A stretch of DNA of 64,000 nt from Anthoceros angustus (lineage: Eukaryota > Plantae > Anthocerotophyta), in NCBI GenBank assembly GCA_010909165.1, contig MU008213.1, positions 1 to 64,000 on the forward strand. Direction: 5' to 3'. Under the pieces are notes generated by a model that was given only the letters and a program-made list of their open reading frames with translations, made no database searches and was not told where the DNA came from. Made by a program: the position numbers and the translations under genes. Numbering within the stretch: position 1 is the first letter of the stretch; each line of letters begins with the position of its first letter. This document shows positions 22,929-34,375 of this stretch, one piece after another.

Positions 22929-25163
22929 ACAAGGCAGGAAAGCGTCATCTTGCGACAGCTTGCAGAGCTTCGAGCACGCACCAGGAAGCAGGACGACTTC
23001 ATCGACCGACTCGCTGAAAGCATCAAAGAGCTCCACCTGTTGTGCGAAGGCCACTCAGTAGTGGAGAACATGTCCAACCGAGTCGGCCGCGTTCGTCCAT
23101 TGGTGTCCAGCACCCTCCTGTAAATTTTGTCCTTGTTTATGTCTGATAGATCAGAGTGGTTTGATGATGTTGTGGATGACATCGCTTTTCTCTTTGCTGA
23201 TGCCACCACTTATGCTTATTGGGATTTCTCACCACGCAATCTCTTAGAGCTTGAGAGCGAAGCGTCTGATCATCAAGGATGCCTTGTCATTCACCACAGT
23301 GATGGCAGGAGCCAATCCTCCTGCAGCTGCACCCCCTGCACCCTTAAAGATAGAGTTCAAGGACAAGGATAGGTTCAATGGAACTGATTATAGCATCTGG
23401 GTCATGAGACTAACACAAATATTTGAGGAGCATGAACTGTTCTCCATTGTTGATGGAACAGATCTCAAGGTCACTGTACCACCTAGGTCTGCAATGAAAT
23501 CCTAGCTTGGGAGCGGAAGGATAGGCGTGCTAGATCTATTCTCATAGCTGCCTTGGATAAGAACATGATGCCCCACACCATCAACGCTAAAACAGCTCAT
23601 GATGTGTGGAAAGTGTTCGAGTCTATATATCATGACAAGAGTTCAGCGTCTCTAGAGCACGCTCACAGAGACTTATACAACCTCAGGATGCGTAACAATG
23701 AGCCTGTTGAGGCATACATTAATAAGTTCCGAACCCTCAGAGCTAACCTTACTTTCTGTGGCTCCGTCTTGACAGAAGTTCAGGCTGCCACTTGCCTGTT
23801 GGCAACTCTTCCAGAAAGCTATCAACACTTTGTGGGCAGCCAAAATGCCACAACTCATGCTGCTATTCAAGCTACAGCTGCTGGACAGCAACCCAAGGTT
23901 ACTCTTGAAGAAGTTATTGGTGCTCTCATATCGGAGGAGCGTCAGGAGTCTCCACAAGTCAAAGAGTTCCACCTCGTGAACACACGAGTGCTGTTCTCAG
24001 GACGTGGACGTGGAGGTTTCCGTGGCAGAGGTCGAGGACGTGGTGCTTACCAACCATCTCAGCGAGATGCAACTGCCAAGAAGACTTTTGTTTGCAACTG
24101 GTGCAAGATCCCCGGCCACTATGAGCGTGACTGCCGGAAGAAGAAGAATGGAGAACCGAAGCGTGACCACCCTCCAGAGAGTAATGTCACCGTCAGCAAG
24201 GCTAAGCAGCCCTCTATCCTAGCAGTCTGCCTGTCATCTACACAAGTTCAGTCAGATGCTTGGTTCTTAGACTCTGGAGCCACGAGTCATATCTGTTTTC
24301 ACCAAAATGCCTTTTCTGTTTTCACTCCTGCTAGTGATTCTCAATAGTTTGTGCTTTTGGGTGATGATAGTGGACTTTCAATCAAGGGATCAGGCTCCGT
24401 AGTTATAGCCTTGCCAAACTCTTCACAACTCACCCTTACAGACGTCCTTTTTGTCCCTTCCATGACCAAGAATCTCATGTCTGTTTTAAAAGTTGACGCA
24501 GGAACACAAATGCCGAGTGAACTTTGATCATCAAGGATGCCTTGTCATTCACCACAGGTCAGGTCACACCTTGTTTTCTGGTTCACCTCACCATGATCTT
24601 TATCTGCTCAATGTTCAGACAGTCGTTTCTTTTCCTCATACCGTCAATGCCACACAAACCTCATCTACTCAACTCGGCATTGTCGTCTCGGACATGTTAA
24701 TTTTCAACGTCTTAGTTCCCTCTTGAAAGGTGAGACTTATCGTGAACCTCTTTCCTTCTCCTTTGATAAGGATGCTTTCTGAAGCATGTCAGTTTAGTAA
24801 GGCACATTCCCTACCTTTCAAGGATAAGGCCCTTAGCCGTGCTGATGGCCTGCTACATACTGTGCATAGTGACATCTGCGGACCCATGTCAACTGCTTCT
24901 TTTGGTGGAGGTAACTATTTTATCACCTTTATCGATGAGTGGAGCAGATAGTGTGTTGTCTATCCTCTTCGCCACAAGAGTGAAGCTTTCGACTGTTTCA
25001 AGCAATATGTGGCATTTGCACAGAGGTAGACTTCAACTAAGGTTCGCATTCTCAGGACAGACAATGGTGGTGAGTACACCAGTACTGCTTTTTCTTCATT
25101 CTGTCTTGAAGAGGGCATCCTTCACCAGCTCACAGTACCCTACACACCTGAGAAGAATGCCTT

Positions 25164-27278
25164 CAACAGCGTCTCTCAGCATAGGGGTTATTCTCCATTA
25201 AAGGGGTTTGGGTCCCTAAAGACCAAAAATGACCCAGCAGGCCAAAATGCATCATCTTTAGCAAAACCACTCTTTAGACATGTCTTGAAAGACATTGACC
25301 ATGTTATTTTCTCGTGAATACTTACGCTATGTGGTTGTCAAGAAGGTTCATGGATTTCACCTTCACAAGGAAGGGATTTCAAGGATTTTTAACGGTGCTA
25401 GGAATCCTAAACACCTCTTTCGCAGCGATAGTACTTCCTAGGTGAGAAGAGGCAAACCAAACAAAATTAGTCCAGAAAGTTAAACCATACGGACGTCCGA
25501 ACCAACACGAAAAGTAGCAATTGCGAAAAGAAACGGACGTCCGGCGCAATTGTGAGAGAACATTAACCGATAGCTTGATCATGGCCATCTCGAGAGGACC
25601 AAACTACGACTCTAAAAGTAGCCGACGTTGCACCGTGAGTACACAACCGGATCTCCATTGTTAGAGTGAAAACATAGAAGGAATTGGAACAATGCGCGGA
25701 CGCTCGCACATTGGCGCGAGTCTGAAGCTCCGGACGTCCGGCGCATTTTTAAGACCCCAATCTTGTGGGCGTCCGAGATGGAAATGGTGGAGTGGATGGA
25801 CGTCCGAAATGTATATATATTGTTTGTCTTCTTGCATCTCGGATAGGTGGATAGACTCAATGGCATAAGAACTCCAAGGTTAAGCACCCTTGGGTCGGAT
25901 CGATAGGATGGGGTGCTTGACTTTGGTGCTTTAGAATTCCTATGCACTCTTGGGTCGATTAGTACTAGGATGGTTTGCTTGTTTTGGCGCTTTGAAAACT
26001 TTGTAACAACTCCACTGTTAAGCAACCTAGAGGCGTATCAATACTAGGATGGAGTGTTGATTTTAGTGGTTTGAAAAATTTGTAAATCATCCGGTATCTA
26101 GGCGTAAAGTCATGAATATTATTTTGAAAATCATTTGTTGGTTGATGTTATATTCCCACATTCGCTTTGTATACAACATGTAAAACCTTTTGGCCTTACT
26201 CTATGTGCCCACCGATGACTTGCATGGATCTCTTTGATTGGTGCGCCAAATGTCCGCTCATTCGAGTTTGATGCACGATAGATGCATAGGCCTTGGTTTC
26301 TAGATGAGCTACATTTTCCAAAATTCGACATGTATGATGGTGGTTTCTAATGGCCAACCTTTTGAAGACGACAATGTTTCACAATGTTTTGCAGAGAAGC
26401 AAGAAAATAAATAGAATAGATGATTTGTCCTTGAGTAATGAAAGCCCGTCGGATGCAGTCGAACACAAGTATAAGAGAGCATCTGCGCCACTGCGAGCCC
26501 TAGTGAGAGCCAGTATCTCGAAGAAAGAGGGCTGCCCGAGTGGGGTTTTGACCAAATGGTGAGTATTTTAGTGAGGCTCAAGGAGGACTCTCTATACCCA
26601 CCGTGACGCCCACTATGTGGTGGCGCAGCTAGGTGTTCGAGACGAACTATAGCCAAGCTTCGCCAGAGATTTTGAATTTAAGATCGACTTGCTCCATGTG
26701 CCACCCATGGATAGATTAAGGTTGAAAGCATGCGGACTTGACAAGAAGAAATGTAAGCTCAAGAGTTTGATCAAGAACGGTTGAGGAGGCCTCACCATCC
26801 TTTACCTTGTCCAATCACCTGGGGCCTAATCTGCAGATCTAAGTGCGGCTTATCTCCGACACGGAGGGGCCAGTCGACAGGTATGCCGTGCAGGATTGCT
26901 CAATCACGGGGTTTGAAAAGAGAATTGATGTGAGTGTTGGTGCGGTGGCAAGTGTGCACAAGCAACTTGAACGAAAGTGATTGCCTACACAAGTATTGAC
27001 GCAACCCTCTCCAAACCCGGTGTATTGCACCTCTTTGGAGTATAAGTGCGCGGACGTCCGCACTCTTTGGAGCATAAGTGCGCTACCATCCGCCCACTTG
27101 GTACAAAGGTGTGTCCGCATTTGTGCGGACGGTGGGCACATTAGGTCTTCTTTGGGCTCGGATGCATGGGGTCAGGTTCGCAAATCACTAAAAATGTTGA
27201 AATGAGACATGTGCATTTACGGATGGTTAATAAAATGGGGTTCGAGACAAACCCTATCTTTGTGAAAACATGCTCTTC
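25164..27278. mobile_element. Unclassified ~2.1 kb insertion in the Copia-A integrase
   Basis: Integrase reads YTPEKNA at ~25141-25162 and resumes ERRMWTLQEA at ~27281. The insert has repeated GGACGTCC palindromes and 5S-like boxes. Boundaries are approximate. Confidence 0.75.
25867..25916 (+). repeat. 5S rRNA-like fragment (same family as 8648-8699)
   Basis: AAGAACTCCAAGGTTAAGCACCCTTGGGTCGGATCGATAGGATGGGGTGC; extra TACTAGGATGG (box C-like) at ~25962 and ~26043. Confidence 0.6.
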
Positions 27279-28935
27279 TCGAGCGAAGAATGTGGACTTT
27301 GCAAGAAGCTACTCTTGCTTCACTTTCCTTTGCTGGACTTACTCGTGGGTATTGGGCTGAGGCTTTGATGGCAGCTAATTATGTTCAGAACCGCCTTCCC
27401 ACCAAGGAGCTTGGCCTTGTCACTCCTTTGAATGCTGGACAGGCAAGAGACCTCGGGTCAACCATCTTCGAATTTTTGGTTCACCTGCATATGCCCTTGT
27501 TCCTCCAGCACAGCGGACCAAGTTAGATCCTAAGGCTATCAAGCACATCTTTGTTGGCTACTCATAAGAGGTTAAAGGATATAAACTCTTCAACCCTACT
27601 ACTCGTCAACTCATTTTATCACGTAGTGTGACCTTCCACGAGGCTGCCTTACTTCGTCGTCATTCTGCTTCTTTATCTTCGGATGCTCTTTCCTCTCCTG
27701 CACTTATTTTTGGTATTGACGGTTCCAATCTTGCTGCGGATGATGAAGTTAGTTTCTATGACGATGAGGACTCTCCTACTTCGGATCAAGGGGGGGCTGC
27801 TGTACAACAACAACCTGTGCAACAACAACAACAGCCTGCTGTACAACAACAACATGTGCAACAACAATAACAGCCTGCCCCAGATCAGCAACAAGCGAAT
27901 GTTGATCATGATGAAACAGTCACGACTGACACCAGCCATGATGATGAAGAGGCTAGTACAGGTACTCCTGATGTTGAGGAGACTGTTGTCATTGACAATT
28001 TAGATTTTGATCCTGAAGAGGAGTGTCCTGCTTTACGTCGTTCTACACGTATCCGTAAGCCTAGGTCAGAATGGAAGGAACCTCCACCGCCTGTGTAGTT
28101 ACATCCATGAAGCGCCAAGAGTCATTTCTCTAGGAGAGCCTGCTACCTACAAGGAAGCCTTAGAAGGTCCAGAGGCACCCTTTTGGCAAGCTGCCATTGA
28201 CTCTGAGTACAAATCACTCATCAAGAATCAAACTTGGAAGCTTGTCGACCTTCCTAAAGGTAGAAAGCCTGTAGCATGCAAGTGGGTGTTTAAAAATAAA
28301 CTAAACATAGATGGAACTGTAGGGAGGTACAAGGCACGTCTAGTGGCAAAAGGATATAGTCAAGTTCCTGGCCTTGATTACAATGAGACGTTTGCACCTG
28401 TAGTCAAGTCCACATCTGTTAGGATCCTCCTGGCTATAGCAGCTCATTACAACCTTCTAGTCCATCAACTTGATGTCAAAACTGCCTTTCTGAATGGCTT
28501 GCTCGAGGAGGACATCTATATGAGTCAGCCAGAGGGTTTTGTCATTGATGAGGACAAGGTTTGTAAGCTTCTCAAGACACTTTATGGACTCAAGCAGGCG
28601 TCAAGAGCCTGGTACGAGGTATTTCATAAGCTTCTGATTGAACTGGGCTTCACCTGTTTGGACTCGAACACCAGTGTGTATATTTTGCGTAATGGAGGAT
28701 TTCCTTATACTTACTGTTTATGTGGATGACAACTTCCTGTTTAGTAATTCTGCTAGCCTGATGGCCCGCATGAAGCATATCCTCCTTTCACAGTTTGAGA
28801 TGACAGATCTCGGTGAGTTGACCTTTTCCTTGGGTGTTCAGTTCCATATGAACAAGACAGATGGCACCATCGATATTTACCAGGAGCACTTTGTCACTCA
28901 ACTGTTGGAACGTTTTCACATGGTCGATGCTAAGC

Positions 28936-29145
28936 CTGTTGCTACCCCCATGGCACTTGGCGAGAAGCTTTCCTTGGAGCAATGCCCGACTACTGAGGAA
29001 GAGAAGTTGGCCATGAGCGAGGTACCCTATAGACAAGCTGTTGCTACCCCCATGGCACTTGGCGAGAAGCTTTCCTTGGAGCAATGCCCGACTACTGAGG
29101 AAGAGAAGTTGGCCATGAGCGAGGTACCCTATAGACAAGCTGTTG
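28936..29145 (+). repeat. Perfect in-frame 102 bp tandem duplication in Copia-A RT
   Basis: VATPMALGEKLSLEQCPTTEEEKLAMSEVPYRQA twice; CTGTTG microhomology at 28936, 29038 and 29140. Confidence 0.95.
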
Positions 29146-29884
29146 GGTCCTTGATTTATCTCTCTGGATGGACCCGTATGGATATTACTCGAGCAGTTGG
29201 GGCTGTGAGCCAGTTTTTGGAGAATCCAGGCCAGCCTCATTGGACAGCGGTAAAACGCATTTTTAGATACCTCAAAGGTACCCCCAGGGCAGGCTTGCGT
29301 TTTGGGCGATCCAAGGACAGTTTATCCCTCACAGCTTATTACGATGCGGATTGGGCGGGGGATTCAGACACTAGGCGTAGTGTGGCAGCTTATTGTACCT
29401 TCATGGGCAACACAGCAGTCTCATGGAGCAGCAAGAAATTATCTAACATCTGTTTATCTTCGACAGAAGCTGAGTACGGTGCCATGACTCATGCTGCCAA
29501 GGAAATTATATGGATTCGAAGTTTTTTGAAGGGCCTTGGACAGCTTCAACCTGGACCCACACCACTTTGGGGAGACAACCAATCTGCCATCGCACTTTCA
29601 AGTAACCCTGTATTTCACGCTCGTTCTAAACATATCGAGATAAGTCACCATTTCATCCGTCAGGCAGCTGAACAAGGAGAGGTAATCGTGTCTTATGTTC
29701 CTACTGAAGACAATGTTTCAGATCTCCTTACAAAAGCACTCTCTAAGCCAGTACATGAAAAGCATACTTTTGCTGCTGGCATTTGTCCTATACCTGCTGT
29801 ATCAACCAAGGGCTCTGCCCATTAGCTAGGTCTTTCGGTTCTAATCCTCCGATTGGAGTTTGCCTTGTGTTTTTAGCAGTTTGA

Positions 29885-30679
29885 TCAGATCTTCACGTGC
29901 CTTATCAGACTTCGCAAACTCTTCCTTGAGGGCTGTCCAACCACAGGAGTGTTAGCAACCATCCTAGCAAGGCAGGCAGTCATACCAGTAGTGCTTTCAG
30001 TTAGGTACTTACAGCCATAGTCCACGAGAACTCCAGACTCTGTCATATGTGAGACAGGCTTGCTTTTCTCCTTTGCTGTTTTTGCCTTCTCCTTTCTTGC
30101 CACAGTCTGTTTCTTCTTTCCAGCCTTCACTCCCCATTCTCTCTCCATGTATTCCTCGTCGTCTGAATCCAGAGGCAAAGGAACCTTCATACAAGCCAAG
30201 AGTTCCTCCTTTGCTGCCTCCACAGCAACAGTCCCTACTCCTCTTTTGCCCTGTTGTTCAGTCTCCTTGCAGATCACCTTGTGGAACTCCACACTGGGGG
30301 CAGCGAACACTTGGCGTGGAGTGCCCTTATCATCGAAGTTTTGATCGCGCCTGGCAGTTTTGGCCTTCGAGCTCTCAGCTGGAAGTGGAGCTCCAGTGGG
30401 AGCATTGAAGGACACAATGCAGGAGTCAAGGCAGAACATATTGGGAAGGAAGGACTGGCGCTCAGAGAATTTCCTCATTGGAATCCAGGTCCTCTCACAG
30501 CTCATACACCTGAGGCCCTGCACCGAGTCCGACATGCTGAAGACTACAAGATTCTGGTGGAAGCAGCGGGAAGGACGCGAGCGAGAGAGGAAGATGGCAA
30601 GGATTGCCACCGAGAGTAAGAGGAGGAGCAGTTCTGTGATGCTCAGTGTCGCCATAGCTCTAGATATAGGCGGTAGCAA
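29885..30679 (-). CDS. Uncharacterised 264 aa antisense ORF inside the Copia-A 3' region
   Basis: Open ORF between the RNase H stop (29825) and the 3' LTR (30848); hydrophobic N-terminus (LLLLLLSVAILAIFL), CxxC, charged middle. No family recognised. Confidence 0.45.
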   Translation of the reverse strand: MLPPISRAMATLSITELLLLLLSVAILAIFLSRSRPSRCFHQNLVVFSMSDSVQGLRCMSCERTWIPMRKFSERQSFLPNMFCLDSCIVSFNAPTGAPLPAESSKAKTARRDQNFDDKGTPRQVFAAPSVEFHKVICKETEQQGKRGVGTVAVEAAKEELLACMKVPLPLDSDDEEYMEREWGVKAGKKKQTVARKEKAKTAKEKSKPVSHMTESGVLVDYGCKYLTESTTGMTACLARMVANTPVVGQPSRKSLRSLIRHVKI

Positions 30680-30847
30680 GCGTAAGCGAGGAGCGTAGGC
30701 GCAAGGAGTAATAGCAAGTTTGTTTTTGTTGGCTGCATGCCAGCCTCATGGGTGTGAGTACACTCATTTGCTCAGACACTTAAAGAACATTTCATCTAGT
30801 CCTCTAGCTTATATTCCCGTTTTGAAAATATTTCAACTAAGTGGGAG

Positions 30848-31085
30848 TATTGGAATATGTTAAGTTAGGAACTGCCCAGCAGTTATCTACCTATCTAGTG
30901 GTAGTTTTATATTTTCAGTTATAGCGGTTTAATAACCGAGTAGCCTTTTGGCTATATAACACTCTTTACTTTTCTAATACAAGTAGCAGTACTTTTCCAT
31001 ATGCTTGTGCACTTGCTCCCCGCCGTCTTGTGTTTGACCACGGCCTAGCTTGGATCCTGGGATGGCACACACTTGCCTCCTTTTA
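30848..31085 (+). repeat. Copia-A 3' LTR
   Basis: 238 bp, 5 substitutions versus the 5' LTR; followed by TSD GGGAC. Confidence 0.93.
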
Positions 31086-31199
31086 GGGACCAGTCCACAC
31101 ACACAGCCCTAAGGCAACCGTATAAACTTTATGAAGTAGAGACAAGTCCACACCCACATTCCTATGGCAACCGTATGAACCTCACGAACCAAAGACCAG

Positions 31200-32690
31200 T
31201 CTACACCCACAGCCCTACGGACAATTAAAGGGAGAGGATTTTATACAAACATATAAAATCTCATACGATGTTATTGATTTATTTAATAAAAAATAATGTA
31301 TATCTATTATGTATCACCAATAAGTAACAAGCACCGCCTTAAAACTGAAGTTAGGGTTTGGTCCGCGGGATGAAGTGCTTGGCTTTGGATGAGCGGGGCT
31401 GAGCACTTGGATGGGAGAGAGCTAGCAATGATTTTGTGTGGAGTCTTGATGCCGTGGCCAGCGGGCGTGATAGCTAAGATTCCAGCTTGTACTCTTTTGT
31501 AAATAACGAGCAGCATCTCGTGTGAGGTGGCCTGCAAGTCGTCAAGGATGGTGGGCTGCTTGGAGTTTGGAGCCTAGTATGTATTGAGAGGAAGATACCA
31601 TTGTGAGGTTCCACTTCCCTTGCACTTAGGAGTGAGTCGGCAAGAGCCAAGGCCACGTGCTGCTTCCACCTGTTCCCTTGATCATGATTTTGTCTCACGC
31701 AAATGCCTCTCAACAAGGAGCATCAGTGTCAAATTGCAAGAAGGGTCCATGAGAGGTGGGACGTCCTTTAGCTCTGGGCCTTCCTCATGCAGGCGCTCCC
31801 TCCCTCTCACCAAAGAATCCTCTCCCCGAATTTAGACTATCTCGAAGCAAGTGCCGCTCATCGCCATGTCGGCACATTGGAGGTTCCTCACCAACATGCA
31901 TGTAGTTAGGCCTACCACATCCAGGCATGGTACTTTGAGTCCTCAGGAAAAGTTTTGTAGGAGAAGAAAGGGCAACATGTAACAAGAACAACTCTACTAC
32001 GCGATGCTTGACGTGCAAGTGTAGGTGGAGGAGTTTGTGACAAAGCTGAGGCGCCAATACATTTTTGTTGTGTCCAAGCAGCTGCAGTAGCATGAGCATG
32101 GATTTTTTGCATTTTAGAACGAGAGACGAGTCCACACCATACAAAGAACTGTATGAACTTCAAGGAACGAGACCAATCCACACCCATAGCCCCACAAATG
32201 ATTAAAGGAGGATTTTATACAAATGTATAAAATCTGATACGATGTTATTGATTTATTAAATAAAATAATAAGGTATATCTATTGTGTACTACCAAAGTGA
32301 TAGCACCGCATAAGGTTTCGTCTCCTGGATGAAGCGCTTCGCTTTGGAGCTTGGGGTGGAAGTTTTACAAGCAGGTCTTAGCGCTTGGATGGGAGAGCTA
32401 GAAATGGTTTTGTGTGGAGTGTTGTTGCCATAGCCAATCATGGATGGCTAGCATCTGCTTCTACCCGTCAGAATAAAGAGTACCATCTCGTCTAAGGTGG
32501 CCTGCGAGTTGTCAAGGACGGCGGGCTGCTTGGAGCCTAGCACGGTGTTGAGAGGAAGAGATCGTTATCATGCTCTACGAGTAAATTGACAAGACCAAAG
32601 AGCGTGTTGAGAAAAATAGAGCATTGCGAGGTTCCACTTCCCTAGAGCTTAGGAGTGAAATGGCAAGACCCAAGGCGTTGTGCTGCTTCC
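31200..32690. repeat. Diverged tandem duplication, period ~980 bp
   Basis: GGATTTTATACAAAxxTATAAAATCTxATACGATGTTATTGATTTATT at ~31236 and ~32210; colinear similarity continues to GAGGTTCCACTTCCCT at ~31605 and ~32628. Confidence 0.8.
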
Positions 32691-32999
32691 ACCCGTCACA
32701 ATCATAGTGGTTGCGCAGTAGAGGGTGTCATTCATATGATATTTTGTTTCTTGAAGAAGAAGAAGAAGATTAGAAAGGTACAGAAAGAAGGCAACTATAT
32801 ACCTAATTTCTCTGCAACTTTTATAATTTAACTCATTCTTGACTGTCTCTTTGTCCTAGTTTCTTTCGCACGATGTTGGTAGGATTCTACAACGTTTCTT
32901 GCATATTTCCACTCTGCCAGTAAAGGTATAGCTTTACAACCATCTTGCAGGCAGCTTCCCAGTTTTTCTGAGAACCCGAACATCGCTCTTGAATATTAT

Positions 33000-34005
33000 C
33001 CTGGGCATCAAGACTTCGTTTTCGTTTCACATTGATCCGGTACATTGTTCACCATGAGGTTTCACAAAGCAGCTTCGGAGCCACTTTGAAGATGCCTGCT
33101 GAATTCGCCGGAAATATTTCTTCTTGTTGAAGACACCTGGAAGAACTTGATAAAGCAATTCCACCATCTGTTTCTTCCAATCTTCCGACTTCTCTCCAGA
33201 TGGGCTTGCTGTGTTCTCAGGCAGCGCTCTCACTTCCTCTTGTTCTGACGATGATGAATCTTCAAGTGGTTGAGGTAAATGATCGGCGGGAGATTGCTGC
33301 TTCTTCAGCCTCTCCTTACGCTTTTGATTGACCATCTTGTGCACTCTCTAGTCACTCAGAGGAATGGACCATGCTCCGATACCACTAAGTAACACCCCTC
33401 ACTGCGCAGCCAGTAAGGAAGCGACAAGTGCTGGCTTCCCAGCAGTCTAGGACCTCGCCAATTCACTCCACAAGAGACTTGCACAATTCTCAGCGCTCTC
33501 AACCTCACGACATAGCACTAGGCTCCAAGTAGCCCGCCATCCACTGACGACTCGCAGGCCAGCTCCTCGAGTTGTTGCTCTTTATTGCAAGAATACAACG
33601 ATGGAATCTGGCTATCTACGCCCAACTGGCTACTGCCCTTGACTCTACGACAAGCTCACTAGCTAGCTCTCTGACTCTCTCAACATGGCAAAACAAGACA
33701 CTTGCTCGCTCTCCAAGAATGAGTCTAACTTGTTACTTAAAGCCCTTGCTCTAGCTCTTATATATCCCGCAGCCTGACCTCAACTAGGCAGCTGTTAAAT
33801 CTAGGGGTTCTTACAGACCACCGATCACTAAGAATCCTCTCTAAGCAGCTCTTCATTTGTGGCTGTAACAATTCCTGTAACAGGAGACTGCATGAAGCAT
33901 GCATGCAACACATGCATCTTTTTAGCAGGGCATCTACTAACTTAATTTTTTACCTTTCAACTTTTCACTTTTCTATCTTATTTCACTAGTGCTGTTATTT
34001 CAACA
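33000..34005 (-). mobile_element. Truncated LTR element: 5' LTR (~33386-34005), iMet PBS, start of internal region
   Basis: rc TGGTATCGGAGC at 33373-33384 next to an LTR related to 37451-38192; gag-like ORF 33027-33344. Confidence 0.75.
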
Positions 34006-34054
34006 CTACTTTATATGCGCGTCCAAATGGCTTAGGCCAAATGGACACACATTT

Positions 34055-34135
34055 ATAAGAACCTCGTAATTAAGCATCCTGAGCTTAGATTGGTATTTAG
34101 ATGGGGTCGGGTGCCTCAAGGGAGTGGATGCCCTT
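34055..34135 (+). repeat. Degenerate 5S rRNA-like fragment
   Basis: AAGAACCTCGTAATTAAGCATCCTGAGCTTAGATTGGTATTTAGATGGGGT, same layout as the other two copies. Confidence 0.45.
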
Positions 34136-34375
34136 GGTACAAGTAGCTTAGGCTAGTACAAGTTGCTCAGTACCAAGTCCCATGACGGAAATCCGTCCTT
34201 AGTGGACTTAAATATTCTTCTTCTTCTTCTGCTTTCGTATTGTATTAAAAAAATTGAAAATCAAACCATCGGCCACGCACATCGCATAACAATAGCATGT
34301 CATACGCACGCCTTTAGGAAAATATATGGAAACGTCAAGAGATCTCCGGATAACCATTTCTGAACAAGATAAAGA

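Larger units (their letters stand above)
23302..29825 (+). pseudogene. Copia-A gag-pol, integrase split by a ~2.1 kb insertion
   Basis: KDRFNGTDYSIW; CNWCKIPGHYERDC; WFLDSGATSHI; RTDNGGEY; KWVFKNK...YKARLVAKGY; YVDD; DADWAG; STEAEY; ADLLTK-like VSDLLTK. Confidence 0.93.
6259..31085 (+). mobile_element. Ty1/Copia element A (full length, interrupted by nested insertions)
   Basis: Two 238 bp LTRs (6259-6496, 30848-31085) with 5 substitutions; TSD GGGAC at 6254-6258 and 31086-31090; PBS at 6497; PPT-like AAGTGGGAG before 30848; gag-pol 23302-29825. Confidence 0.93.

Noticed and set aside
27800-27870. Poly-Gln protein
   Set aside because: (CAA)n-rich microsatellite in the variable integrase-RT spacer of Copia-A.
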